Assembly: GCA_964187785.1 (NCBI GenBank) | Contig: OZ076409.1 | Span: 24,244,001-24,308,000 of the forward strand | Source: Amphiscolops sp. MND2022 | Lineage: Eukaryota | Direction: 5' to 3' | Length of the DNA stretch: 64,000 bases | Shown: positions 26,701 through 41,700 of the stretch, in pieces | How the letters are laid out: each line of letters begins with the position of its first letter | Position numbering within the stretch: position 1 is the stretch's first letter | Translations under genes and position numbers: made by a program | Notes under the pieces: generated by a model | Database searches by the model: none | The model's input: the letters and a program-made list of their open reading frames with translations, nothing else | Told to the model about the DNA's origin: nothing

Positions 26701-29700
26701 CTGGCTTCTCGTCGTAGGATATGCATCAATCAGGACGTCCTAGGAAAGTGACAAAACGAAGTGAAAGGTGAATTATCGTTGAAAGCAAGGCAAACCCCTT
26801 TCTCACCTTCTCTGAACTGTGTGATCAACTTTATGAAATAAATTTAAGGACCACAAGGAATGTTCTCATCGAAAATGCGCTGCACGGCAGAATTGCAGCC
26901 CCTAAGCCTAAGGTTATGCCAAAACATGTTGTGGCAAGATTGATGTTTTGCAAGTCAAAAAGTGACTGAAATATTTCAGACTGGGTAAAAGTTATTTTCA
27001 CTCCAAGAGTCCTGATTTATCGAATTTTGAGAACGTATAGAAGTGGTTGAAAGATCGCATATACAATAGACACCCAACAACAATACAAGAATTGCCGTGG
27101 CGAAAAAAGAGTAGGATCGAATTGATGGCCAATTTATAAAGAGGCTTTTTGTCTCGTTGCCGAAACGTATAGAGTCTGTCACTATGGCTGGTGGTAGAAC
27201 CAGCTTATATTAGTCTCTGTTTCAATTTTCATTTTATTTCATTTACCCAATAAAAAGATATAACGACTTTTATTGATGTCATTTGCAAATTCACTTTTCA
27301 CTACGAAAACTTTTTCCACGACTGTACGCTTAGAAGTCGTTCTGCACAAGACTCACGATGAGCCAATGTTCCTGAAGAACAAGAAATAATGGATTTGACT
27401 ACACAACTTGATTAAAATTGCGCAATTCAACTGAAATGGACGCAATGCTTTGGTGGAAAAAGCGAAGGAAACGAAACTAAAATCGATTTGTCAGTGAAGA
27501 AGTTGGAATTTGCGTCATGCTGAGTTCTGATAAAATGTTGGGAGGCCACCCTGGTGAACCTGGCGCATATGCCATGAATTTACAGAGATATTCATGCTAT
27601 AATTTTATAATGATAATTTCATAATTTATAAGGAGTCATTATCAGTCAGAGATACATTATGAACCAGAGCTGTATAAAACATTGAAAAACAAATTACCTA
27701 CTTTATTGTCATTTGGTCAATTTTTGGACTAATTTTGGCTGTGTTTCCTAAATCCCAATCATATGATTTTGATGTCATTGCACACATTGGATCCTAATAG
27801 GGTGTCGAATGACTGTAAAATATTTCGTTCGAATGGTATGGACAGTTTTTGAGAAAATCGAAAAAATAATCCAAGAATGGTAGGTTTTCGGTCATTTTTG
27901 GTCAAATTTTGACTGTTTCTCAGATTCCAGACATACCATTTTGATGCCATTGCGCACGCAGGAGCACCTTTGTGTGTAAAATGACTGTGCCAAATTTTAT
28001 AAAAATCGTATGCACAGTTTATGAGAATTTTGAAATTTTCATTGAAAGGTTGGGAGAAAAAAGGTACGATTGCATAAGGAGTCTCCTAGAAACAACTGCC
28101 AAAAAGACTTCCGAAAAGTATTGTAGGTGGTAGTTTTCTAACCTGATGATCCGCTGATATCCATGGCTTTCAGTTGAATGGCTTTGTGTATGGTGACAGA
28201 CATGCGCTTGGCACCCGGCATGTAGCACAGTGATATTGATAACTTCCCCTTGTTGCCCTCGCTCTCCTAAACACGTCACATCTTCACCTTGGATTACTTT
28301 CACATTCAACCCTCATATACCCTCACTTCCCTAGCTATCACGGGTACTCTAGGCCTGAATTTTTTTCGATTCCTTAAAGCACGTTCAACTTTTTCATCAT
28401 GTTTTGATGATCTGCACTGTTCCAAAATCACCCAACCAATTTCTCTTCCAATATAAAAAGTTTTTCAACTGCAGAGAGCCCTCAGAAGTTTGTGTCCTTT
28501 TCGGAAATGCTTTTTTAGATTTTTACCGCCAAAATCAAAAGTTACCAATTCTAACGGAATTCATTCAAAATTTTACTTTTTCTACCATTTCGTTATCAAA
28601 CATTTACGATAACAAAAACATCTCGAGGCCACTTAAAAATCATCAATGCAACTCGTATAGCCTATCTTAATCCTTGTGACCGCAATTCCGACTTGGAATT
28701 TGAAAAACCTTGGAAATCGTCTTCTCACAGTAAAATCTAAATTTGCAAAGCGGTGTGAAAAAGCTCAGAAAAGTTTGAAAGCGATTATTATTTTCAGAAA
28801 GATTTAGAACGAAAAGGTAGAGTTTATTGAATCTTCTGTTAGAGCATGTTAATTTTTTGTTCAAAAATCTAGGGTAAAAATTATGAGTTCTAGATATGGT
28901 CCTTATTGAAATAGGGCTCTATGTCAGAAAAATCTTTACAACCATTAGAATAAGCTCAAAAACCAGTGAAACAATTTCTAAATATCACTAGAATAGGATC
29001 TAACTAAAACGGAATAACATCTAGAAACCACTAAATTTATCTAAAAATCAGAGGAATAAGATCGAAAACCGAAAACTGAAATGAGAACTGCAGTTCTCAA
29101 TCTTTTTCCGCTTCTACTCAATTTCCTGTAAAAATTCAATTTTTCTTGAAAAAGATCGAAGAAATCATCGTCTATCTGGGGAATTTTAGACCTAAATTCC
29201 AGAGACTTCAGTCCTTATTCCAATGGCTTTAGATCTTGTTCCAGTGAAATGAAAACCGACGTACAACCCCGGGTTGACCCTCTTACTAGCATCTTGACTG
29301 TCTTGGCAAGATCTTGCCAAATGCTTACTACATCTTGGCAACCATGGATCCCATGGCAAGATTCTTATTAAGATCTTACTAAGATAATACTTATTCCAAG
29401 ATCGTATCTAATCACGATGGACAAAATTTCAAAATTATAAAAAAACACTATGCCTTCGGTACAAGCAGCCCAGGCCCTATCTAAAGGCTCATTTCACCCA
29501 ACAACGACTATTTCTACTCGTTTTCATAATCAAAATGCCTAAAGCTGCTGGAAAAATTTTGCATGCAAAAATGAGTAAGAAATTACGATAACGTAGTCTG
29601 ACTTCCAAAATTTTGACGAGAATCCTAATAACTGCTCACCTGTTTAGGACTGAGAAATGCTAATGTACCAAATGAAAGGTCATTTCAAGGGCTTTCGAAA

Positions 29701-32700
29701 ACTTGTAATTTATCACTCCTGTCGATTCCAGAGGCGGAGAAATATGCTCTCAAACGTCCAGACCCACTATCGGAAAATTACAAAGGAAAGACCTTAAAAT
29801 CCTGAAATTTTTGTAAAAATCATATTTCCAGCTTTCTTTGAGCCTGTTTCAGCAGCCTTATTACTGCTAGAAACGGCGGTCATTGCTCTAATTTGTGTAA
29901 TGATTCAGTTCAAGGCTTTTCTGACGCCGTTGTTGGCGACATTTTGCAAGTGAAAGAACAATATCGATATCGAAATGGTTGTAAAAATCATTCAATAATA
30001 TTGTTTTGAGTGATGTCTAGATTATTTTTCCATAACTCTTAATTTAATGGTTTTGTGATTCTACTTTTTCTCGATATCGAGCAGTTCGTAGCAATTTTTT
30101 CTTGCCATATTGGGCTTCTTAGTAAGATTTTTCTTGCCATATTGGGCTTCTTAGTAAGATTTTTCTTGGAAACATGGCTCTCTTGATAAGATCTTACCAT
30201 GGCATCTTGCAATTCTTGGCAATATCTTATCACGATCTTAGCTAAGATTTTTCCAAGATCTTGGCAAGATCTTGCCAAGATCTTACTAAGATATCCATGG
30301 AGCGTCGACCCGGGACGTCTTTTCAGGGATTTTCACTATGAAATTTCATAGGTTTCAAGCTTTTCATGAAACGCTTGAAACCTATGAAATTTCATAGTGA
30401 AAATCCCTGAAAAGACGTTGTACGTCGGTTTTCATTTCACTGGAACAAGATCTAAAGCCACTGGAATAAGGACTGAAATCTCTGGAATAAGGTCTAAAAT
30501 TCCCCAGATAGACGATGATTTCTTCGATCTTATTCAAGAAAAATTGATTTTTTACAGCAAATCAAGTAGAAGCGGAAAAAGATTTAGTGATTTTAGATCT
30601 TATTCCCATTAGATACATCTTATTACATAAGTCAAAAAAGGGAATAAGATCTAAAATTTCAGGACGGGAATAAGATCAAAAATCACTAAATTTTAGATCG
30701 TATTGGCCCTTATTAAGAATAAGATTCAAAGATCTTAAGATACCCTTTGAAAGCTTGTCAATTTTTAGACCTTATTCTTTTAGATCGTATTATTTAGACT
30801 TTATCCCCCCTCCTGAAATCAAAGTCCAGGCTGAGAAATCGCCTAAAAGCCCGGCAAAACAATTATCATACGAGTGTGACAATTTTTGAAACTCTTAGTA
30901 AGATGCGATCTTGGGATAATGATTCATCTTGGTAAGATCTTAGTGAGAATCTTGCCATGGGATCCATGGTTGCCAAAATGCTAGTAAGAGGGTCAACCCG
31001 GCTCGTGACAAGAATTCAGCAATTCCCAACTTTATTTTCCTACCCAATATTGATAATTGTATCAAGTACTTTTTGGCTACGGTGTAGAAAACTAAATTGA
31101 CAACCATTAAGGAGTACAATTTGGACGAGTTAACCGGGTAATCGATTAACCGGTTAATTGATTCTTAATCGATTAATAAAATTTGACCGAAAAGACACTG
31201 ACAGTTAGACCCGAGCCTAACTGATGAACGGATGCTCTCTACAGTGGTGTAAAAACAAACTGAAGTGCAAATGAAGGCTACCACTGCTAATTCAGAAAAA
31301 AAATTGTACATGTCCAAGCATACTGTTGTTCAAGTAAAAAACTCGTGCGTGGAAAATTCGATTGATCTTGTGTAGCGATTCATTTTCTGTTTAAAATCAT
31401 TTTTCTTTGGTGAACGAATGTTAAAAGGTTAACCGATTAACAGGTTATTTTTTTAATTCATCGGTTGAGCTAAAATCATAGCTGTTCCACTATTGAGGTA
31501 TTCTCGAAAGAAGATTTGGTTGGGGATTAGAATCTTGGAAAAAGGGAAAAGAAATATTGAAGCAGGGTTTGAAACTAAAACTGATCCAGTTTGTTAGCAC
31601 AAATCAAAATGGAGACTTGGTACATGTAATTTTGTAACTCGCAACCATCTGTATTTTTGGTCGCTGCAATTTTCAGTCAACTCAAATTAATTTATATTCA
31701 ATTTGTGAGAAACTTCTGTTCTAATCACATTGAAAGAAACAGAGTGATTTTTTTCATGCAAAACTTGGTTCACCCGAAACATTCATCACAAATAGATCTG
31801 CAACTCTGTTTCTTTCAATATATATTTATCACTTCAATGTATTCTTGTATAGAGCGAAGACTCTGACAAACAGTGAAGAATCTATCAAAGAATCTATCAA
31901 AGAATAATTTAAAACACTCTTTCCTTGATAATGGCAAGTGAGGAGTAGGGTTGTGCAATTATCATTTTTTCGAGTTCGGTCGGTTATCGGTCGGTTATTC
32001 AAAAACTCGGTCGGTTATCGGTTATGGGTCGGTTAGTAATTAAAAAAATGTGAACAAAACAATTTACTTATTGCAACTTCCCAAAAAACAAGTTCGCGTA
32101 AACGTTTCTTATCGTGGTGATGTTGCCTGAATCGGACCAATGTCGTTCACTAAGAACTGCTGTAGCTGGTATTCCAAGCAAAAACTGGGCCTTTACACTT
32201 AAAACAAGAAATACTTGTCTTTATTCTTTCCAGTAAACCAGTTTTTCTTTCCAGCTTCAATCAAATTGGTTGAACGAATTAACCGAAGTCGGTTATAAAA
32301 TAAGTCGGTCGATTTCGGTTATTGACAACCTCGGTCGGTTAATCGAGTTCGGTCGGTTAATTGCACAGCCCTAGTGAGGAGTAGCGAAATGTTTCTACAT
32401 AGATATAAAAGCAAAAGTAAACAAGATCTTACCAAGGCTCTCAAGAATGAAATGAATATAAAAGAAAATTCAAGGTCTAAAGAAGACTATTCATTAGGTT
32501 CAGCAGGTTCCGAATACTCTCAGAGTTTCCAAAACTGTTGATTTCTGAACTGTGAAAATTTTTGTAACGCGGATGGTGAAAACGTAAATGTGCGTTACTA
32601 ATTTTCTACAATTTCGTAGATTTTTGCATGCATCAAACAGACAATGGTTTCCTCAAATATTCGCATTTGAATTTCATCTACTCCTTGAAAGTGCAAACGC

Positions 32701-35700
32701 TGGTTATTGTCATTGTCGCCTTAACGTGTCTTTGTTGCCTTTAATCTCGCTAATTATCAAAGACTTGTTTTGATTTTCATCTCATTAGCGGTGTCTGCGT
32801 CTGTTAATTAATCAACTTCAAATGGCTTCTAAACGTTATCTAAGGTATTCGAAGTATGGATTTGTAATCCCAAATTTCTGCAAAATTTCCGTCGGTGATA
32901 CAAATTCAGTTCAGCATGGGTGTTAATTTCGAAAATTCACCATCACTTAAGCTCTACCAGCCGACAACGCAAATGTGACATATCTACTTTCAACTAGGGT
33001 AGTGTTTAAAAACTGTTGAATCCCCCAATTGTTTAATCTGCTTTTTCTGGTATTGAATTACCTGAAGAAGTCAGAATGTCTGAAGAATATCAGGACGTAT
33101 CCCCTTGTCAAACTCCTTCATTATTTCCGTAAGACTTTCGCGGAAACCAAAAATGTAAGACTTTTTTAAATAATAGCTCTATTACCAAGCTATACAATCA
33201 TTTCTACAAGTAAATAAAAAAATCTAGACTGCAGTCGTAATGCTGAAGTTCTTGCTTTAGAATAAAGCCAGGTTTGTTGAACTTTTGAATATTTAAAAAG
33301 TTCGAAGTATTTGAACACTTCAAATTGTTCATGAACTATTCCTAACATTACCTCAGTGAACTTTTCTTTTTCCAGATGATGTTGTTTAGAGCTGCCCATT
33401 GAACTGGTAGGTCAAAATTGGCTATTTACAACTCATGGCAAACCCAACAAAAGTGATTATTCCCAAACCCACCAAAAGCTGGCAGAGATAACCTAAATAT
33501 GATAACAAGACGCCCGCGGACCAGCGGGATATTTTCCGCCCCAAATCATTTGAGCAACAAAACCGTTTTAAGTCCAAAATCTTTACAAATATATATCGCA
33601 TGGAACTAAATTTATGTCAGTTGAATTCTGTGAATGTACTTCTTCACATTACGTGAACAATAATTCTTGGCAAATTTTGTAAAAAAAACCGTTTGATTTA
33701 AATATTTTCCTTTCCCATATGAAATATGGGCGGAAAATTATAACGCGAAACTTGGTAAAGGTGGTGCTTCGGAATTATTGATTTTATTCATCGAATAAAT
33801 CACTGAATAATTCATGAGGCTGGAATTATTCCGTTACAACCTTGAAAAAAACACACGAAAAAAACTCGGCAACGATGAACTGAGTACTTTATGATGATTA
33901 AAACCTATGATTCTGAGCCGACACATTTTGGACAATCGTTTGTTTTCAACGTTCAATGCAAAACATCGGCTCGGAAACTAAGCCCTCCCTGGTTGAAACT
34001 CCTTGAATTTTTTACAAATTTTTGTAGGTTACCAAGCTAATTTTTCATGATTTTATAAAATTTTCAAGGAGACATCCATGCATCAAAATTTCACTGATTC
34101 AATTTAATTTTATCAAGCTGCCTATAAAATGCATCCTAAGTTTGGCGGCAATTCTGAGCCGCGAAGTTGTGCAGGTTTCATTAGGACGCCGTTCTAATTT
34201 TGAAAGCATCTGAGACCATCATCGCTTTTACCGCGCTTTCAATGCAAATAAACTTCAGCCACATTATAATTTTCAAGGTAGCGTCATATTCAGCGTGCTA
34301 TTCGACTAACGGTGAATACATAAGGTACTTACTTTGAGAAACTTACGCGTGAAAACAAAGTGATCGCGGGAGTGAAGAAGTGAAAACATTTTCAGTTTTA
34401 TTTGAAATAGTGGAAGCTGCATTGTAATCCCACAAAATTTCTCCATAAGTGCTTTCAGTATTTTCTATGTTTATCAAAAGTTTAGAATGCATGCATGGAT
34501 GCAACATGGAAAACTTTCCGGCAGGTTCGACTAGGGCTGGAACTGATCGAACTTGAATCTTTTCATCTCCTGACAAACCGTAGACATCATCATTAGCTAT
34601 AGATATGTAGAGGAGAGAAAGTCAGCTACGGCTAGACACTGTTTACATGCTACCTGCCACATAGACCATAACCTTATTGATGTCATTATGAAAGTGTGCT
34701 AGAGTGAGTTTAGATAGTGATACTACATTGCAATACGCTTATGCTATTTACAGTTGTACTTTGTTTTAATTGAACCTTACAAACCTCTCCGTTAGTCTAT
34801 TACAAGATAATGATTGACAAGATAATGATTGACAGTTCTGGATAAAATGGGATTGTTTTACTCGAAACTACTACGGTAAAAAGAAATGAACTAAAAGCAG
34901 AGTTTTTTCCAGCATCTGATATAGAGCTCGCGGTCCAAGAATTACTAGAAATGAGTTTTAGTTCTAGACGGTCATCTGATACCGGATACGGTCGCTTGTT
35001 TCTAATTAGTATAGACTGACTATACCACAAGAATGCATAGGTTGACACGACACATAGGAAAACACGACAAGATCACAATACGTTGCTTGGTTTCTGAACA
35101 TAATGTGTCAGACGGCCATACATGAACTTAGTTAGTCTCGATGTAGCCATCTCATGGGGTTGTTTCCAATATTTTTTCTCTCGGATGCTTGCGACAATTT
35201 TGGAAAATACAGGAAAGGAAAATATTCAAATCAAAGTGTTTTCTTTACAAAATTTGCCATGTTCCAAAATTATATTCATATTGAAGGGTGTCACCCATAG
35301 AATTCAACTCCTGTATATTTGGTTTCGAGCGAAATGTATTTGTAGAGATTTTTGGGCTTTTTTGGTTGTTGACCCCGAGGACCCCAGAATGACCGGAAAA
35401 TGAACCCAAAAATGTAAAAATTTTCAAAAGTTTCCAATTTTAAACAAATTTTCGATGGACTTAGTGGCTTAGAATGTTAAAAACGTTCAACGCGAAAAAA
35501 TTAGTAGAAAAGAAGACTTTTATTATAAAAAGCCTCACATTGAGACCGAAATTGACAAAAGTACCAAAAACTTCATATTTTTTTATATATTTTTATGCAA
35601 TTTTTGCCCTGTTTTCGATAGTCTTCGTGGATTAGAATGTTTAAAACGTTCAACCAGGAAACCAGGAAACCAGGAAAAAATTCCTTGTCTAGTACGGTTT

Positions 35701-38700
35701 CTAGAGGAGATGAATGCGTTTAGTTAATAGAAAACTGCTTTGAATCGGCACAGAAAATGACAAAGTTCTGAAAATGTCCGACCTCCAAGATTTTAATGTA
35801 TTTCTTGGTCGAATTTGACATAGTCATTAAAGATTAGAGGGATAAAAGCAGTCAACAAGGCAAGCATTCATTGTCCAGTAGGCTAAGTGAAGAGATAATT
35901 GAAGTTTTTTAAATGGAAAAAAATTCGAACTTGAAGTGACACCGGAAAGAACAAAACTTCTAAAATTTTCCGATTTCCAATATTTTTACACCATTTTTGT
36001 CAATTTATCAAAAAAGTTCGTGGATTAGCAAGTTGAAACCGTTGAACAAGGGAAGAAATCGTTGTCCAGTGGGAAACACTCAGGAGACAAATACAGCTTG
36101 TGATAGAAAAATGCTTCGAATTGACCCAGAAAATGTCGAATAATCCAAAACTTTCAAGTTTTTGTCTTTTTTTAATGCAATTTATGTACAATTTCCGAAA
36201 ACTTTCATTGGTCAGAAGTTCCCAAATGTTGCAAAATGAAAACAAAACTAGCGGTACAGTATGTTTGCTTCAAAACTTCAGAATGCCTCCAATTGAGTCC
36301 AAAATTGAAATAAATTCGAACAATTCTTGTTTTGATGCAACTTAACTGTCTTTTTGCAATGTTTTGGAATCAAAATGTTCAAAACGTTCAACAACGATTG
36401 AACACGTGATCCAGTGGGCCTTTTTCAAAACATAAATGCAGATTTGTGTTGCAAACTGCCCCACAATTGACAGCAGAAGTCGAAAATATCAAACTTTTTG
36501 TCAACTTTTGACATTTTCAGTTATCTTTTGTTTGAAAAATAGAAACTTTTGGTCCAGATAAAAATTTCTAGACAGAAGAAATAATAATAACTAGGTTTGT
36601 AGCACGCTTTTGGAAGAGAAGTTTGGACAATTTTTTATAGAAAGTTAGGTCAAAAGGACCCAATTTATGCAAAAAACTAAGAACTTTTAGGATTTTGAAC
36701 AACTTTGTGCTGTTTTTTGTTGAATGTGTGAGCATTTTCCTTGCATATGATGATTTCCAAAACCCAGCAAGGACTAATACCGGTATGCAATAGGAATTTT
36801 AAGTCGGCGCTTTTCGTAGAAAAACGCAGACTATAGTAGTGACTTTTCTTTTTTTGAGACAACGAAGTGACACATTTTATAAGCCTTACAAGCTAACTTA
36901 AACTAACACTAAATGCCACACTACGTCTACTGGCACTTAAGATTAATTAGGCTTTTTTGAGGTCCCCTTCTACATTTTTCGGCACTATGTGTCTTCCCGG
37001 GGAACAAAAAAACTTGAAAAAATATTCGTTTTTTCAATTTTTTTCCTCATGCGGGTACTGTAGAAGAGAATACCTGACACTTGGAAGTCCTTTTGCTTAG
37101 ATTTAAGCCTTAGATATGGCGCCGAGTTGGGCCGTTCCTGGTTCGTTATCTTATATATTACAACATAATATTGTTAGAAGTGGCATCAAAACACCCCAAA
37201 AAACAAAAGCACAAAAACACGTTTTCTGGCTAATTAATCCCAATTGTTGTTCAATGCACGAACATTTCTGTAGATTAGAACGTCCATTGACCTGAAAGTT
37301 GATACAAATTCAAAACACAATTTGGGAAAGAAAGTGAGCTGAAATTCCACGGATTTGACAACAAAAGTGTGAAAACTTCCGATTTTCTCAATTTTCGACA
37401 ATATAGTCTCAATTTTCGAATCTTTCGGAATCTTTCCGTCAACTAGAAAATCCTTAGGCTCAAAAATGAAACCTGTAGCTACCGGTATTGATTCAAATAA
37501 ACATCGGACAAATTCGTTTTTGAAACGTGCTTAAAAAACTCACTCGAAAACAAACTTTTTTCGACATCTTTTGTCAAATATTTAGTATCCAGTAAGCTCC
37601 AAGAGAAATCGCTAGCAATGCAGTATACATTCCAAAGGAAGATACTTTGCAGTTTCCCTTATATGAAGAAATCCTCAGAATGGCCCAAAATTGTTTTTAA
37701 AAAAATCGACGTTTTTATGCCTTTTGTAAAAGTTTTTGAGCTTTTCGTAGATAAGAATAAGGCAACATTCAACAAGAGACAAATGTAGTGTATTGTTCCC
37801 TATATGACCCCAAAGTTGTGGAAGGGGTAAAAAATTTATTAATTCTTGACATTTTGGGTGACATTTGGTTCAAAAAAATAAATAACAAGACGCCCGCTAA
37901 GCACCGGGATATTTTCCGCCCTGTCACTGAGCCATAGCTATTTTGGGAGAAGGAATAGGATCTTGAGAATAAGATCTAAAACTTAGTGATTTTAGATCTC
38001 ATTCCCTTTAGATATTATTCCCGTCCTGAAAAATTAGATCTTTTTCCTTTTAGATCTTATTCCCATTTTTACTTTGAGAGAGAGAGAGAGAGAGAGAGAA
38101 GACTTGAATTATGTTCATCAAGTCAAGTAATCAAAAGGTGGATATTGTGGAGATTTGGCAAAATTTGGAAAAAAACGCATCACAGATCATGATTTTCCTC
38201 ACCCATTTGTAAAATGTGGGGTCGGAAAATAACAACCTGGGACCGGCACAATCGGCGCCAAGCTCAAGTTTGTTAAACTTCTTTCCTTCGAACTTCTTTT
38301 GCATTTTCATAGTGCATTGGCTACTCTTGAGCCTCAAATTCATGCCGTTGTAGAACAGTTTTGGTTGGAAAATGTCTCGCTGATCAGCCGGCGTTTTGTT
38401 TAAGAAGCATCCAAATGTTCCCCGTTCAACTGAAATCACATCTAATTGATTCACGAAACCAACAGCGCCTAAAGGGTGTCTTTTCAGCCACAATGAGGTT
38501 GATCAGAAATTTGTTTAAAAAACCGTCATTGAGCGTTTTTGAGACACAAGCGGGGCGCAGGAATGGGTCATATTAACAGCTTTCACAAGCTTTTGAAAAA
38601 ACCATACCGTTAATCACAACGTTTTCTTCTCCTAGTGCATTAAAAGTAAATCTATTTCTAGCAGAAGGCCTTACATATCAACAATAATAAGTGAGCCTGG

Positions 38701-41700
38701 AGTCTGTAAATTATTTAAGATAAAAGGCGGTTTACAAAATTTTAGTAAACATCGGATAGTTTCGTTAAAAATTAGTGATCAAAAAACCAGAAATGTTTAT
38801 TGACCGTAAAATTGTTCATTTCCGAAACCAGTAAAATAGACTTTAGCTGGGTTGCAGAGTCGAACTGGGCCCGGCCTGTGTTTCGATAGGTGTAAAACAC
38901 AAAGGGTCCGAATTAAACTCATTTCACAAAAATTTTAGAAGGAGTTTCAAAACCATTGGTCGGGCCAGGCCGAGACGGGCTTGAATGTGCTTGGCTATTT
39001 TGACCCAGCTCCAACTATGCCGGGTTGGAACACTCGAAACTTTGCGTACAATCCTGAAGCTATGATAACAGGGCCAACCTGAAACATTTCAACATTGGTC
39101 AGAACTGAAGCCTTGATTTTCTGACTTTGAGATACATCTGTAGATTTCATTCAATTTTGACCTTTTTCAACTATTTAAAACGTTAAGTGTCAAGAACTAT
39201 TCAAACGGAACTTTTTTGGGATTTAGAAGACTTCTCACTGAAACCTTCAGAACAAAAACCAAGGAGAAATCACTTAAAGATCACCTCTCTATGGTTTTGT
39301 AGTTTGTGTACTGTTCGCGTAAAAACGTCTGTGTCAAAGCATCTTGTGATGGTTAAGTTAAATAACCATTTGAGGACTATGGTTTATATACAGTTCATCT
39401 GACAGCAAAAAATTCACCTTTTCAAATGTCAAAAATGTTCTTGTAGCACAAATTCTTTTCAAAACTGAATTTTGTTTTTTTTTGTTTCATCATGTTGACA
39501 GGTCATTCGGCATAGCAAAATTTACAACGTTTATCAAGATGAATAAATCAGTGTATTTTCATGCGAAAGAAATCAATTGTTCTCGGAAATCCGATAGTCA
39601 CGTTTGTTAAATTTTTCAAGTGTGAACTTTTATATTCTCCTAGCGTGCGATAGGTACATTTTTTAAATTCTTTTGTTTCAGAAACTTCAACAATGTTTGT
39701 CAAAAGCTTTTTTGGGAAATCTGTCACCTCCAGGCTTTTGTATTCTTCAATATTTGGAGGAGCTTTCTCAATAAAATGAAGAGAGTTGGTCTCTCATCTT
39801 CATACATTTTTGCTGACACCACTGACAATTTACATTGATTTTTGCATTTTGTGAATTAATGTTGCCAATTTTGAGAACATGTTTTTCAATACACTCTCGA
39901 CGGAAACTATGTCATGAAAAATCGATAGTTTTGTGCAAAGGTTACAGCAATCCATTCACTCTGATGTTTCCAAAGGGACGCAACATGATCTCACTCCGAA
40001 AATTATCCGGATCTATGAGGCTTGCAATAAAAATATTTATTAGAAGTCTTAAGCACGAAATTCATAAGGTTCCATTGGACTGGAGAAAGTTCCAAAATTT
40101 TGAAAGAAATCTATTTGTCAGGGGACATTCAGCGTTTTTCTTTCGAGGCTGTTTTTCTAGGTACTTTAAAATCTTGGAGATTAAAAAAGGTACGGAGATT
40201 AAAATCTTGAATTAAACTCAAAGTACGCCCTGAGAACCTGTGATAAGAGGGTTTTGAGATGATATTACAGCTCATTTTTCCAAATACATTATATACTCCA
40301 CCTTCAAAAGTAGTTACCCAATAATCTCCAAAAATACTAAAATTACGGCGTCTACCTGTTTTTAACCGTATGCCATTACACAGTTTGAAATTAGAAAAAA
40401 CTTTGTTTCAGGTAAATTAAGTATCTTCGGATGTCATGTGAGTTCAAAGTGCACAATCATTATTTGTCTTATCGTACGCAGCAGTGAATGTTTTCTGTAA
40501 TTGCAAGATTAACCTGTCATTATCCGCGCTTATTATAGCCCCGAGGATCTATGAAAAATCGGATTCATCCGTCCATCAATATCCTTGTCATCTTGTGATT
40601 AAACTTCTCTGTTCAAAATTCTTACCTATTCGCAGATCTTCCTCTGGGAGCTTTCTGTTACTAAATTCAGTTTTTCTGCTTTCACTTTCTGGAAAGAAAC
40701 TGTTTTTAGTAGCAGACAAAGGATCTTGAAAGTTATAGTCAAGTCGCTTCGACCTATCTGTCGTATTTAACATAATTTCGTTCTATCCGGACTAAAATGA
40801 TATCTATTATCAAGACGACCACATTTTCAAAGTCTGCCGTGGTATCTAGCACCTGGCAGGCATGCTTTTTAATGCTCCTACTTCGTATCCAATCATACCG
40901 CTTCGTATGAAAATTTATGCAGTCCATAAATTGCATCCATGGTAATGAGGTTGAAAATGTTACCAACTCTGGTTATTCATCAAAATTAGCTTCGATATAA
41001 TCAACGTAACTTTTTAAGGCACGAACAAACCGTGATTTACATGTGCCTTCTTCGACTGGAAGTTTTAGTATTTGGAACCGGTTCAGAAATGAAATCATGC
41101 TTGAAGCGTCCAAATTTTAATTTTAAAGCGTGCCATTGAATATTTTCATTGAATGGTACTAACATTCGATGGAGGTGAAAGGCGCTCACAGAAGGTTGAT
41201 ATGACACTCAGATTGTATAGCTCAATGTCTCGCAATATAAAGTGGCCAATTAAAAGAGGTTTCTTGGTTTCTTGAAAATTGAATATGTTGATGAGTAAAA
41301 CTTTATCTGCTAAGTCATGATATCGAACAGGGAAAACAAAAAATTCGTCGAAAATTGGATTGGCTGTCTTTTTCTGCACTTTAGTCGCATTCCGGGTTTT
41401 CTTTTCGCCCTCCGTCGAAGGAATCAGAGAAACTTCTGCCTGGGGGTCTAAACTGCAACTGGGGTCTTTGTTCAGCAAGCCCGAGGCCCTCTCTATGAAC
41501 ACTTTGAGTTGATTCCGTTGAAAGCAGTATTCCAACGAAAAGTAAAGTTTACCTGCCAGGGATTATCAAGGTGACATTTCGTCAAAATTACTCGGATATT
41601 AATTTATGCATTTCGCAGTTAAAATTTCATGAATTATGGAAATGTGATCAACAATTAATGAGAAATTCTATGGTATTAGAAAGCCCACATTAAAAATGCA

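Noticed and set aside
28019..28309. 96-aa ORF from the track
   Set aside because: Shadow frame; the real exon is in another frame and encodes the start of C2B.
35400..37860. Diverged AT-rich periodic sequence (AAACGTTCAAC / GATTAGAATG motifs) as a distinct system
   Set aside because: Looks like decayed internal repeats of non-autonomous elements; boundaries could not be defined by eye.
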